A DNA stretch of 64,000 nt, from assembly GCF_006345805.1 (NCBI RefSeq), contig NC_042999.1:61442001-61506000 (forward strand), written 5' to 3'. Positions 12,676 through 25,594 of the stretch are shown one piece after another. The position numbers were made by a program, and so were the translations under genes. This DNA is from Octopus sinensis (taxonomy: Eukaryota). The notes under the pieces were generated by a model. That model had not been told where the DNA came from. It made no database searches and saw nothing but the letters and a program-made list of their open reading frames with translations. Position 1 is the first letter of the stretch. Every line of letters starts with the position of its first letter.

Positions 12676-13677
12676 ACATAATCCATTCATCCAACGTTTT
12701 TGTTTATATTTATATGTATATGTGCCTATGGTTATAAATGCGATGCTCTTGCACCTCATGGTAATAGAATTTTCAACACTATACATCCTGTTATATAGAA
12801 TCGAACAAAGAATATATACATATATTTGGTTCTATATACAACTTTCCATTCCTGTTTACGGGAGTTGATACAAGCTGCTTTCATGAATTATTATTATCAA
12901 TTTTCTTTGGTTATTTACTAATTTTCTTTTCAATCGTAGTTGCTGACAAAATGCAACAAGAGAGAATTACTTTTTACTTTTATATTTTCTAGGACTATAT
13001 CGTATGAGGATATTTATTTCTCCCTTCATTCGTGACCTTATCTCACTAGCATAATCACAAAATATGGATAGGGAATTAAATATTGGCTTACTTTAAATGT
13101 GGACAAACAAATCTTAGCTTATTATTCGTTGAGATCAAAGTGCAACTATTTGTACAAGTGGTATATCGATGGACACCCATATCCCGAACAACTACGTAGA
13201 ACTTTTTTTTTCCTTCAATAAAGTTTTTCCATATTAAAAAGGACTTAAATCTACATACAAAAGTACATTAGCAAGCAGAAAGACGTTAGAGTCCTCTTAG
13301 TTGACCGTGGTAGAGAGAACCGACTTTTCATCTATGATGCATGGCTTGCTGTACACACAATTGTTATATTTGCATGTGGATTTCCGAACAAGTAGATTTA
13401 AAAATGATTCATCGATATGAAAACTCAGGCAAACTGATAATGGGAATATATGAATAGTCAGTATTATGTCTGTCATATATACAAAATATATAGCTTCTAA
13501 CAGAAACACTCACATCAAAGCGTGTATGTGTATGTGTGTGAGTGTAAATGTGTGTGAGTGTAAATGTGTGTGTGTGCATGAGTGTGTGTACGTTGATTCA
13601 CCAGAAGCAATAAATTGTACAACAGTAGAGCATTCTTTAATACCTTATACCCGAAAGGCTCTGATTTCCTGTACTAA

Positions 13678-13905
13678 GAGGCGAGCTGGCAGAAACGTTA
13701 GCACGCCGGGCGAACGGCCTAGCGGTATTCCGTCTGCCGCTACGTTCTGAGTTCAAATTCCGCCGAGGTCGCCTTTGCCTTTCATCCTTTCGGGGTCGAT
13801 TAAATAAGTACCAGTTAAGCACTGGGGTCGATATAATCGACTTAATCCGTTTATCTGTCCTTGTTCGTTCCCTCTGTGTTTAGTGGGTAGTAAAGAAATA
13901 GGGAT
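13678..13905 (+). mobile_element. tRNA-derived SINE family 2
   Basis: GGCGAGCTGGCAGAAACGTTAGCACGCCGGGCG...GAGTTCAAATTCCGCC (B-box-like) then GCCTTTCATCCTTTCGGGGTCGA..AAGTACCAG. Confidence 0.9.
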
Positions 13906-14083
13906 TTCCTGTACTAAAAGGCTCATTTCCTACCATCAGCTGGTAATCTGGTGCCACATTTCTTTTCATTAGCCACTGCCTGAATATTTTTTGAAATATG
14001 AATTGAAAGTGTGAAGTTCTATTGAAAGATGTGTTCAAATGCTCAGTTTCTTTGACGACAGTCTCTGATATCGTTGCTCGAAA

Positions 14084-14172
14084 GCACAAGTCAACGAGAC
14101 GGTCATGCACAAGTCAACGAGACGGTCATGCACAAGTCAACGAGACGGTCATGCACAAGTCAACGAGACGGT
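14084..14172. repeat. Perfect 23-bp minisatellite, ~3.9 copies
   Basis: GCACAAGTCAACGAGACGGTCAT at 14084, 14107, 14130 and a 20-nt partial at 14153. Confidence 0.97.
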
Positions 14173-14327
14173 TTTCGAGAATTTGGAAACTCTGCCTTGC
14201 AACTATATATTTTATTATTTGTTATCACATGATCTTTGGACTTCTGACATGCCTTTCACCGTTTTGAGCCTGCGCATCTCTACATCACACTTTATTTTTG
14301 TACTATTTTCTGTCTTCTCTGGCGTAA

Positions 14328-14740
14328 TCTTATTTCTTTACTGCCCACAAGGGGCTACACACAGAGGGGACAAACAAGAACAGAAAAACGGATTAAGTCG
14401 ATTACATCGACCCCGGTACATTACTCGTACTTATTTAATCGACCTCGAAAGGATGAAAGGCAAAGCTGACCTCGGCGGAATTTGAACTCAGAACGTAGCG
14501 GCAGACGAAATACCTATTTCTTTACTACCCACAAGGAGCTAAACACAAAGAGGACAAACAAGGTCAGACAAACAGATTAAGTTGATTACATTGACCCCAG
14601 TGCGTAACTGGTACTTAATTTATCGACCCCGAAAGGATGAAAGGCAAAGTCGACCTCGGCGGAATTTGAACTCAGAACTTAACGACAGACGAAATACGGC
14701 TACGCATCTCGCTCGGCGTGCTAACGTTTCTGCCAGCTCG
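14328..14740 (-). mobile_element. SINE family 2, one head plus ~2 tandem 184-bp body units
   Basis: GGAATTTGAACTCAGAAC recurs with AGAAC at 14490 and 14674; a single head at ~14700-14740. Confidence 0.9.
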
Positions 14741-15549
14741 CCAATTCTTTCGATGAAGTGGCTGAGGCCCGTGTATTTTTCGCGTGTGAGCGTTTGTGCG
14801 TGTGTGTTTGTGTATGGGTGTGTTTGTATGAAAGAGGTATTTTGTTCATGTGATGTGTATTGTGTGTGGCGCATGTGTTGCTGTGTATTATGCTTGTGTT
14901 GCTGTACTATGGTGTTACTGTGTGTTCTTTGAGTACATTTAACGTATGTGTTCGCTAATGTTTTCTGTTTTGTTTTGTTTATACTGAAGCACAATGCATA
15001 AGGTTTTGTATGTTAAAATTTATAGCTAATTAATTTAATTCTTTCTACGTTGAGAATTATCAGAATCTTTTCATTTGCAAACACTTCAAAGGATACTCGC
15101 TTAACAATAAACATTAGCTTTCACATGTTATATACATGTTATTATATGCCCCCACAAAATTAAGCAAACCTAAAAGATAAATCTTTTAAGAAGTTATAGA
15201 CATTGGGCCAATTTCAATATGCTTGAAATCCGAAGACAGTGAGGTGGGGTATTTGGAATTAAAGCTGGATACAATAAATGGGTGATACTGAGGACGCTAT
15301 TAGTTGGATATAAATGGAATGTAATGTAATTTTTTCTATGATATATGTGCATGAAGAATTAAGCGCTGGATTAGGAAGGCTTTGAGAATAATCTGGTGGT
15401 AGGTTTATATGTATGTACATAATGTTCGGGTGTATTTTGGCGGGAATGGGGAACAACTTATTGTATTGGTGAAAGGTTAACAGTCTTGCTGAGCATAAAC
15501 ATGAAGTTGTACTTGGGAAAAAAGTTACCAAACCTTGGTGACTAAATGC

Positions 15550-15778
15550 TCTTTTACTCTTTTATTTCTTTTACTTGTTTCAGTCATTTGGCTGCGGCCA
15601 TGCTGGAGCACCACCTTTAGTCGAGCAAATCGACCCCGGGACTTATTCTTTGGAAGCTTAGTACTTATTCTATCGGTCTCTTTTGCTGAACCGCTAAGTT
15701 ACGGGGACGTAAACACACCAGCATCAGTTGTCAAGCGATCTTGGTGGGACAAACACAGACACACACACACACACACAC

Positions 15779-15826
<48 letters not shown>

Positions 15827-15999
15827 CATATATACGACGGGCTTCTTTCAGTTTCCGTCTACCAAATCCACTCACACGGCTTTGGTCGGCCCGAGGCTAT
15901 AGTAGAAGACACGTACCCATGGTGCCACACAGTGGGACTGAACCTGAAACCATGTCGTTGGTAAGCAACCTCCTTACCACACAACCACTCCTGCACCTA
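15550..15999 (-). mobile_element. SINE family 1, full length
   Basis: Complete head, internal (TA)/(TG) tract, tail GGTGGTGCTCCAGCATGGCCGCAGCCAAATGACTGAAACAAGTAAAAGA. Confidence 0.92.
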
Positions 16000-16011
16000 G
16001 GATAGAAAGAT

Positions 16012-16129
16012 GTTTACATCACCTAGGTTTCCCATGTGGTTATCCATCTAAGTGCTAACAAGGCTCGACGTTGCTTAGCTTCGTTGATCGGACGAGAAGC
16101 GTTGTTTTCAAAGTGATATGGCCGTAAAT
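16012..16129 (-). rRNA. 5S rRNA: 5S rRNA-like sequence, probably a dispersed pseudogene
   Basis: Minus strand ATTTACGGCCATATCACTTTGAAAACAACGCTTCTCGTCCGATCAACGAAGCTAAGCAACGTCGAGCCTTGTTAGCACTTAGATGGATAACCACATGGGAAACCTAGGTGATGTAAAC is colinear with metazoan 5S (~118 nt); multiple substitutions, single copy, only TTT downstream. Confidence 0.85.
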
Positions 16130-16199
16130 ATGCTATCGGTATACTGGAAATCATTTACCTGTATCATGAGAACTTGTGCCGGGAATGAAGATGCCGACA

Positions 16200-16760
16200 T
16201 CAATAGCTGCAGCCCAATACACTTTTAACGTTGTAAATGCTGTAAGACATAACACGGTGAGCTGCAACGGAGACCACGAAGCCGTGGTCACAGGAAGGGA
16301 CACGGTAGGCGCTCTGACTGCGTTCGCACATCCAGAATCGGCTTCGCATTTTTGAACATGCCCTTCGACCCAATTGAGCAGGGCACTTGGGGCTACTGGA
16401 GACTGTAATCTGTACCTGGCTGGGCAGAATTGCTGCTAAAAGTTCATATGTGCAGCAACAGGATTTCGCTCCTTGCCATAAATAAGGAAAGAGTCAGAAG
16501 TGGTTCTCGTAATATTTCTATGACTTTACCAGACCAATTTCTGGGTTCCTCATTCTCCCAATTCTATGTGTGGAGCGCGATTGAGAAAGACACCAAACGC
16601 CTTGCCTGCTGCACCAAGTCTGATTTGGTAGTCATGATTAGAAGAATTGTTCGAAGATTTTCCAAGGTACATAGTGAAGAAACCGTCCGATACTTTCCAG
16701 GTCCTTCTTGACGCCGTAATTGAAGTTGATGGGGACAACATTGAGTTAACTATTGTCTGC
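16200..16760 (-). mobile_element. Decayed RTE-clade LINE fragment (RT C-terminal region)
   Basis: FTMYLGKSS...QIRLGAAGKAFG resembles RTE YLGS...RIxxAxxAFG; downstream WVEGHVQK resembles WxGHVxRM. Confidence 0.7.
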
Positions 16761-16875
16761 CAATCATAATTTAGTCCATTTTTATTTTCCTTTGCCTTTT
16801 AGGTGGATATTGTATTTTGCTTTTACTTTTATCCAACCCGTCAAATTTAGCTTGCTTACCTTCTATGTGAGCTTG

Positions 16876-16947
<72 letters not shown>

Positions 16948-17168
16948 GACATATAGAGGGAGAGTGGGGGAGAAAAATATATATCGATAAATAGATAGAT
17001 TGATAAACTGATAGATAAGCACATGAGTGTGTGTAACCAACCAAGTGGTTCTGGGATCAGGCCCACCGCGTGGCATACTAGGCAAGCGTTTTCTAATATA
17101 GCTTCAGGCTGACCAAAGTCTTGTGAATTGATTTCATAAACGGAAACTCAAAGAAGCCCGTCGTATAT

Positions 17169-17205
<37 letters not shown>

Positions 17206-17468
17206 GACACAGACACACACATACACACACACACACATACACACACACACACACACATATATATAAGTATATAAATGTTTAAGTAGTTGAATGAATTATC
17301 CTAGTATGGATAATTCGGTTAACCGATACCCGGGTAGCAAATTTACGTCAGAAAGCACGGTCGAAGCTACATGCCAAGGGCAGAAATCACGTGCTTTCGT
17401 GTGGATATTTGTGTGTTTTTTTACTATAGGTAAATGAAAGAATGGAGTCGAACGACGATTTAAAAAAA

Positions 17469-17567
17469 TTCCTTTATTCTCGACACACGTTTCGAAGACT
17501 GCATATTCTTAATTCCGAAGGAATAAAGAGTGCATTATGCCGTCTTCTCATCAGGAAAGTCAAGGAA
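17469..17567 (-). ncRNA. Mirror-arm copy of the canonical hammerhead
   Basis: Minus strand ...CTTTC CTGATGA GAAGAC...GTCTTC GAAA CGTGTG TC GAGAATAAAGGAA. Confidence 0.78.
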
Positions 17568-17666
17568 CTTATGCCAGCATCATGACGAACAAAAACTTTT
17601 AGATGACTGCCCACACGGAGTCCATAGTAATAATAAAGTTTTTGTTCGTCATGATGCTGACATATG

Positions 17667-17765
17667 TTCCTTGTCTTTCCTGATGAGAAGACGGCATAAT
17701 GCACTCTTTATTCCTTCGGAATTAAGAATATGCAGTCTTCGAAACATGTGTCGGGAATAAAGGAA
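17667..17765 (+). ncRNA. Type I hammerhead ribozyme, canonical core, long stem II
   Basis: CTGATGA 17680-86; stem II GAAGAC/GTCTTC enclosing a further hairpin; GAAA 17741-44; C-ATGT-G; GTC with predicted cleavage after 17752; stem I TTTC/GGGA plus distal TTCCTT/AAGGAA. Confidence 0.8.
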
Positions 17766-17845
17766 CTTTGTTAAATCGTCGTTCGACTCCATTCTTTCAT
17801 TTATCTATATATGTATATATGTATGTGTGTATGTATGTATGTATT

Positions 17846-17879
<34 letters not shown>

Positions 17880-18087
17880 TGTATGTATGTATATATATAT
17901 GTATGTGCGTGTGTTCGACAACCGATGCTGTTGTGTTTACGTCCCCATAAATTAGCGGTTCGGCGACAAAAGAGAACGATAGAATAAGTACTAGGCTTAC
18001 AAAGAATAAGTCCTGGAGTTGATTTGAACGACTAAAGGCGGTGCTCTAGCATGGCCACTGTCAAATAACTGAAACAAATAAAAGATA

Positions 18088-18200
18088 CATTATTTACATT
18101 ATTTACAATTGACGGACATTTGTCCTCATCTTGTTTGTTGTTAACACCAACTTTTTGGTGCTGATATACCCTCCAGCCGTCTTCAGGTGCCTTGGGGAAA
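18088..18200 (-). mobile_element. Solo remnant of the 3' tail of the 9665-10935 PLE family
   Basis: TTGACGGA(C/T)ATTTGTC(C/T)TCATCTTGTTTGTTGTTAACAC...CTGATATACCC shared with 9685-9750; minus strand retains GGCAC CTGAAGA. Confidence 0.75.
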
Positions 18201-18209
18201 TTATATCTA

Positions 18210-18244
<35 letters not shown>

Positions 18245-18723
18245 ATATATATATATATATGAGTGTGTAAGTGTGTGTCTATGTGCATGCGTGTGCCTGT
18301 GTGTATAAGCATTTAATTATGTATGTTTATGTATATGTCTGTAAGTGTGTGTGTATGTGTATGTGTGTGATGCGTGTATGTGTGTACATTATTTACATGC
18401 AGAAGGAGGAAACGTACTCAATACCAGAAAAAATATTATTCGGTAACTGTCTTCTTATGTTACCTTAGATTTCAAGAATACACGATCTGTTACAAGAACC
18501 CTGCTGGTCCATAAAAAAAACTGTTATAATTCAAATCGGCCCCTCTTGTGATTTACACGTCAGTGGCAGTGAGTCACAACTGAAAATGTCTTAAGAGTGC
18601 AAGCCAGAAAGTAAGAACATGCGCTATTTCAATATAAGCTACCGTAATTGAATTAAAAACGAAATTGAGAGTTTAAATATTAGCCCAGACTTTCATATCG
18701 CAACATAATACATGTATATATAC

Positions 18724-18817
<94 letters not shown>

Positions 18818-19372
18818 CTACATACATATATACATACATACATATATATGTATGTATATATATGTATATATATGTATATAAATGTATATGATGTATTATA
18901 TATATATATGTATATATATATGTATATATATATATACACATGCATATATGCATATGTACGTGTATGTGTGAGGAGGTACATCTAAGAATGCTTTTATACA
19001 CACACACTCACATGCACACATACACACGGACACGCATACATACATACATACATATATACATACATGCATACATTCATACATACATACATACATACATACA
19101 TACATACATACATACTACATACATATATATATATATATCGAGAAGAGAAACTATAAGAAGACGTATAAATACATAGATTACAGATTATAATTAGTTTAAG
19201 TATTATACGCACACAGAAGCATATATATATATATTATATATAATATATATATATATATATATTATATATATTATATATATATAATGCATGTATGTATGTA
19301 TATATATATATATATTATATATATATGTATATATATATATAGATATATATATATGTGTGGTGTGTATGTATG

Positions 19373-19405
<33 letters not shown>

Positions 19406-20310
19406 ATTATATATACATATATGTATACATACATATACATGTGTATGTATGTATATGTAAATGTGTGCGCGCGCGTAGATCTGTTTCTGTAAGTATGCAT
19501 GTACGTAATGTACGTTCATCAGTTTGTGAGCATAATTTCTTTACATTTTATTACAATTCTATAAGAGTACCTAGCACACGTGTATGATTAATGTGGTTAA
19601 TATCTCATTTAAAAGTCGCATTATAATTTGTTCACCGCGAGCAGAAATCTGCAGGAAATAATACTTTTATCTCAGGTGAAATTTACCATCTTAAAATTTG
19701 AATTACAATTAGAAATCTGTTTCAAATTCCTGAATACAAATTTCTTAAAAGTGAAAAAAATATTCACCGTTCAATGTTTGATCTGCTCCACCATATTCTT
19801 TACTTTTCTTGGTATAACCAGGAGAAATGGTCATATAGCCCGAGTTTCATATATATCCTCCGAAATTGGTGAAATGTGGTTAATATTGTACTTCCACGTA
19901 TGTTACTTGATTTTCTGCACGAAATAACTAAAAAATTTGGATGAAATTTAATCTTTGGACGAAATTCGAACCTTGGGATACAATAAAGTTCACGAATGTG
20001 ATTTAGAGGAATCTCTTGAAAATATGGTTTGAATCTGAGAGTAGATTCTAACCCGACTGATGAGAGATGGAAGAAAAATGTATGGTGCTTATATTTCAGA
20101 GGCTTATATTTCAAGAGATTTCGGTACCAGACACGATCAAATGTTTTATTTATGTATAAGTACAACGATATCACAGAGATGTACTTGCATAGCAAGTGAC
20201 CTAATCTGAGATCGTGTGCTAGAACGAAAACAATTGCAGCATGGAAGGTGTTTATAAGCCATTTAAGAAACACAAAATCCGTTAAATTCACTTCAACATT
20301 TAAATTTAAC

Positions 20311-20359
20311 TTGTCAAAATATTTTCGTCACTTTGAGACCACGACCTGTTCACTGACAA
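20311..20359 (-). ncRNA. Type I hammerhead-like motif with G3-C8 core
   Basis: Minus strand TTGTCA GTGAACA G GTCGT GGTCTCAAA GTGAC GAAA ATAT TT TGACAA: perfect 6-bp stem I, 5-bp stem II (two G-U pairs), palindromic AATATT stem III. Confidence 0.6.
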
Positions 20360-21057
20360 AATTCCGTGCTATCATTTTCGCGATGTATTTCCAGAAGCCT
20401 ACTAGTCTGTAATATACGCAGTATCGTCCATGTCAAAAATGAAAGCACAAGCGTGTGAATTCCATCTGGATGAACTGCACCAAAGAATATAAAAACAATG
20501 AAAACATGCTGTAAAATGAGTTGCAAAACGTAAAACACAACTGCAAACAATAGATTCAATTTGAGCTCTACCGAGTATAAGAATAAAAATGAAATTAGAC
20601 TGATCAGTTGCTCACCAAATTAACATTGCTAGAAAAACAATGAAAGCAGTTAGGTTGCATAAACATAGTAGATTCAGATACGATAAGGTAACATATGAAC
20701 AATTGCATCCTCTAAGTCATTTTCAAAACACAAAAATATCATTTTCCATATCTTGGTAAATGGTAGAGTTTCTAATGAAATGCTAAAATGCCTCATTATG
20801 TTTCTGTGGCCAGGTCTCTGACACAAACACCACTGTATTCTTAAGATGCGGCGGATTTGGTTGACTACAGAAAACTTTATTAGTACGGACACAATATGAC
20901 TTCGATTCGGTGATTGATACTAGTAAAAGATGATCCAGACTTCGAATAGTTCTTGCGGAACGTTTTACTGAATTTCGCGATGGAATTAACAAAATCATTT
21001 TTTAGATTTTATACAAAAACAAAACGAAAAACATGATAGCAGTCTATAAGTGAAGTT

Positions 21058-21650
21058 TAGGCGCAGGTATGGCGGTGTGGTATGAAGCCCGATTCCCAAC
21101 AACATAGTTCTAGGTTCAGACCCACTTACGCAAATTTTTTCTGCTATATCTGCGAGTGGATATAGTAGACGGAAACTGAAAGAAGCCTGACCTATATATG
21201 TCTATATATCACTTATTAAAGTTATTTCTACGGCTTTTCTATCTAGAGAAAACCTTAACAAATGATTTAATAGCACTGCTAACACAGCAGAACACAACAT
21301 TGACTTCTAAAACGTTGAATATGCTTTGTAGTATAGTATGGTTGCATAACGAAATACGGTGTACATATGTGTGTGTGAGAGATACTATGTGTGTGTGTCT
21401 GAGCGTGTGTATGTGTGTGTGTGTGTGCGTCTGTGCGTGTGTATGTGTATTTGTTTCTCTTTTGTCCCCCACCGTCGCTTGGCAACAAGTGTCGTTGTGT
21501 ATACACCCACGTAACATGGCAGTTCGGCGAAAGAGACCCATAGAATAAGTACCAAGCTTTTAATACATAAGTACTTGGGTCGATTCAATTGACTAAAAAT
21601 TCTTCAGGGCTCTGCCCCAGAATCGCCGCAGTCTGATGAGTAACAAGTGA
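21058..21650 (+). mobile_element. SINE family 1, degraded and interrupted (head ~21058-21195, tail ~21440-21650)
   Basis: TAGGCGCAGGTATGGCGGTGTGG head; GTCCCCCACCGTCGCTTGGCAAC...GGTCGATTCAATTGACTAAA tail. Confidence 0.75.
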
Positions 21651-22164
21651 ACCCTAAAAGATGTGATGAAACTTCTGAGTCAGAAAAAAACCCAGCAAAA
21701 TATTGAAATATTTTGCAAAGTAAACTATTTTTTTAATTTTTGCTTCCAAATCTATCACGTTTTTCCATATATTCAAGAAACGAAGCAACATTTGCTTAAA
21801 AATAAAAATGAAAATAAAAATTAAAATTAAAACTAAAAAAAAAGAAAAAAGTGGAAATATTACCAGTGAGTGTGTTAAGTAATAAGGCACAAAAAGAAAA
21901 TGACTCTCCCCAGACACAACAGAATATGCTTCAACACACGAACTCATATAAAGAATCTTGCACACCAAATCCGAAAACGAAACTACAAATGATTATCATA
22001 AAATAATACGAACTAATTTACGAGGGTCTAAACACACCAACATTTGTTGCCAAGAGACGGTGGGGGACAAACACAGGCACAAGCACACACACACACGCGC
22101 ATACACAAATACACAGACCTACACGCGCGCACACCCACACACACAGACATACACACGCCAGTCA

Positions 22165-22635
22165 TAGGCGCTGGAGTGGCTGTGTATTAGGTATCTTGCT
22201 TACTAGCCACCATTGTTCCGAGTTTAGTTCCACTGCGTGACACCTTGGACAAGTGTCTTCTGCTATAGCCTCGGTCCGACCAAAGCCTTGTAAGTGGATT
22301 TGGTAGACGGAAACTGAAAAAAAGAACGTCGTATATATATGTGTGTCTGCGTTTGTGTGTATGTGTTTGCCCCCATCATCGCTTGACAACCGATGTTGGT
22401 GTGTTTATGTCCTAGTAACTTATACACTGCATATGTTTTTTTGTTTTTTGGCATAACATTTTAAAAATGATTTTGCTTTTTTTTTTCTAGAAATTCAGTA
22501 TAAAAGTTTTACAAGGGACCAATAGAATAAATACTAGGCTTACAAAGAATGAACCCTGGGGTGTCGATTTGTTCGGCTATAAGTTGTGCTCCAGGGTGGC
22601 CGCATTCAAATGACTCAAACAACTAAAAGAGTTAA
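22165..22635 (+). mobile_element. SINE family 1
   Basis: TAGGCGCTGGAGTGGCTGTG...CACCTTGGACAAGTGTC...GGATTTGGTAGACGGAAACTG, with tail ending GGCCGCATTCAAATGACTCAAAC. Confidence 0.85.
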
Positions 22636-23235
22636 ACGGTATACAATTTTTAAAAGTAGAATAACAGCAGTTAAAGAATTCGAAACCAATGCAAATATAT
22701 TCGAAGCCCAAATCTGACTTCGACTTAGCAAACCAGCAGCAGGTCGTGTGCAGAATTATTGAGTCGTAAAAATCTGTCAAACTATATCCTTAATCCTTTG
22801 CATTATTTATTCATGAAGACAGATTTCAGAGAGACAAAACAATCATATATTCAATGATCAATTCTATTTATTTCCTTATCTCCAACTATGAAATATCGAC
22901 TTTATAATCTTAGCTACGTATTGAAATATAATCGCAATTATTTAATACTCAGAGGATATGTACACTAAATTATTAAACGGGTTTCTGTTTATAAAAACAT
23001 TTACACGCAACTGAAAACCTATTATTTCATGAAGATATCTGTGCGTATGTGAGCGAGTGTATGTATGTGTATGTGTTGGTATGTGGTTTGTGTACGAGTA
23101 CGGAATGTTTGTATACTGTGATATCAGTTACACATTTTTATATATCAAGTGACGACATAAATATACATTAATATGCGAACGTATACTCACACGTATATAT
23201 ATATACAGATATATATATATATATTATATATATAC

Positions 23236-23306
<71 letters not shown>

Positions 23307-23315
23307 CATATACAC

Positions 23316-23419
<104 letters not shown>

Positions 23420-23585
23420 GTGCTGCGTATGTATTTGGATATATACACATTTATATGGAATATCTCTACGTATTATATAGCATATATATATGTATTTGTA
23501 TATATAAGCATATATATATATATGTGTGTGTGTATATATACATATACATAAACATATATATCTTATATTATGCATACATTGTATA

Positions 23586-23640
<55 letters not shown>

Positions 23641-24415
23641 CATATATATTTCATATATCATATGTATAACGACAGGGAGGGGAAGAGGAGGAAGGGGATC
23701 ATATTGCGACAGAGAGGGGGAGAAAAAGATGCACATATATAACACATATATGCATAAACACACACGCGTATAAATCGAAAAACATCCGCACGTATATCCA
23801 TACACCAGTGAGTGTGAGTGTGTGTGGATGTGAGAGAGAGATAGTGTGTGTGAGTGTGTGTGTATGAGTGTGTGTGTGTGTGTGTGCGTGCGTGTGTGTG
23901 TTGAACAAGTGCCTGCGTATCCGCAACAACACACAGGGTAAGTATGCGTTTATACGCGTGATATTTAAAATACAGATATAAGTCCCAGACAGCAGCGATA
24001 TTGAAAGGTTTCCTAACGATAACCGTACATTTGTGATTTTATTTTTAATTTTGATGACTGAAGCCGTTTGAAATATTGGAGATGTACTTGCTTGAGACTT
24101 AATCTAAGAATGCTGTAGACATCTGTCATTTGCCTTAGAGATTAGCTGCTGCTGCCATACATAGAGACATTTCAATGAGGAATTAGTTTACAATAGAACA
24201 CGTTGTCAGCAGAAAGTTAAGTCATAGAAACACCGATTCTCATATAGATGCATAGGCGCACACAGACGCACAGACAAAGGTACTGGCTGAAAGAGAGTTG
24301 GGGGAGACAGTCGGTGAGAGAGAGACAGAGAGAAGGAGAGAAGGAGAGAGGGGAGAAAGAAAGAGATATTTATATACACGCACACATATGAATGCATGTA
24401 TGTATCTATATATAT

Positions 24416-24472
<57 letters not shown>

Positions 24473-24993
24473 ATATATATATATATATGTATATATATAC
24501 ATATGTGCGTGAGTACGTGTTTGTGTGTATGTCTATATATGTAGTATATATGTATATATATATATATATATACATATACATATTGCAATATATATATATG
24601 TATACATCGGGAGGTACAGATGTTTTATATATATTATATGTATGTATGTATACATACATACATACCATACATACATACATACATACATACACAGGAATAC
24701 AACTGGGAGTCTATGACTCAGTATTTTCGAATCAGTTTTAAACTGAGAGAATATTACGTAAAACTGAAAGATTCCGGTTAAGAGCTGTAAATACGTCAAG
24801 AGACATGTGCTTCATATGTATTGACACATCATGTCGCAATTTTAATCTTTTGGGGGAAAATACACGAAGACGCAAACATTTTCACACCTCCTCACCAAAC
24901 TCTGTATATATGTGTGAGTGTAAATCTATGTGTGTGTGTGTGTGTGTGTCGATATATTCGTACGTATATCTGTATCATTGTGTATATATGTGA

Positions 24994-25029
<36 letters not shown>

Positions 25030-25563
25030 CGGGAAACTTTATGAAAATAAACAAAAGACGAAGGCAGGTGGAATATAAACAAACAATTGTATTAGTATGC
25101 CGCTCAGGAATATAAATAAAACAAGTCTTTTACGTTTCGAGCCTACGCTCTTCAACAGAAAGATACACAGAAAAGAAACACGGAGAGAAACAAGGAGAGA
25201 AAAAGAAATAGGAGAGAAAATGTCAGTGTATATGTGTGTGTCTATGTGTGTGTGTGTGTGTGTTCATTTCTTTTGTTTCCTCTCTATATTCTTTTTTACC
25301 GGGCAATGTCAACCCGCAGGCATGTTTCTGTGGTAAGAAGGATGTCTAACATGACCCTTCAGTTTCTGTTCTGCTGTGTGGCACGTTCGACAAATTTATT
25401 TCTCTATTGCACTGGGTTGGCCGAATCGTGTCAGTAGATTATTTCTCTCCTCCTTACAGATGATGAACGTTGTTGGTTTGTTTATGCCCCCTTAACTTTG
25501 CAGGTCGGCAATAAGGACTCGTACTACAAGTGCCAGACATTAAGAGAAAACATAGTTGTGCCG

Positions 25564-25594
<31 letters not shown>

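Larger units (their letters stand above)
17431..17803. mobile_element. ORF-less fold-back element: 169-bp inverted arms with a 35-nt spacer, one hammerhead per arm
   Basis: Arms 17431-17599 and 17635-17803; 7 mismatches counted by eye. Confidence 0.9.
17040..18087 (+). mobile_element. SINE family 1 apparently split: head ~17040-17165, tail ~17905-18087, with insertions in the central microsatellite
   Basis: Head GTGGTTCTGGGATCAGGCCCACCGCGTGG...AAAGAAGCCCGTCG; tail CGACAACCGATGCTG...GCGGTGCTCTAGCATGGCCAC; the 17431-17803 fold-back lies between. Confidence 0.7.

Noticed and set aside
14084-14172. Possible CRISPR-like array
   Set aside because: Units are head-to-tail with no spacers, and the context is eukaryotic.
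18040-18087. SINE1 tail ...CAGTC AAAT GACTG AAAC... as a hammerhead half
   Set aside because: No CTGANGA-type core upstream; better explained as a LINE-recognition stem-loop tail.
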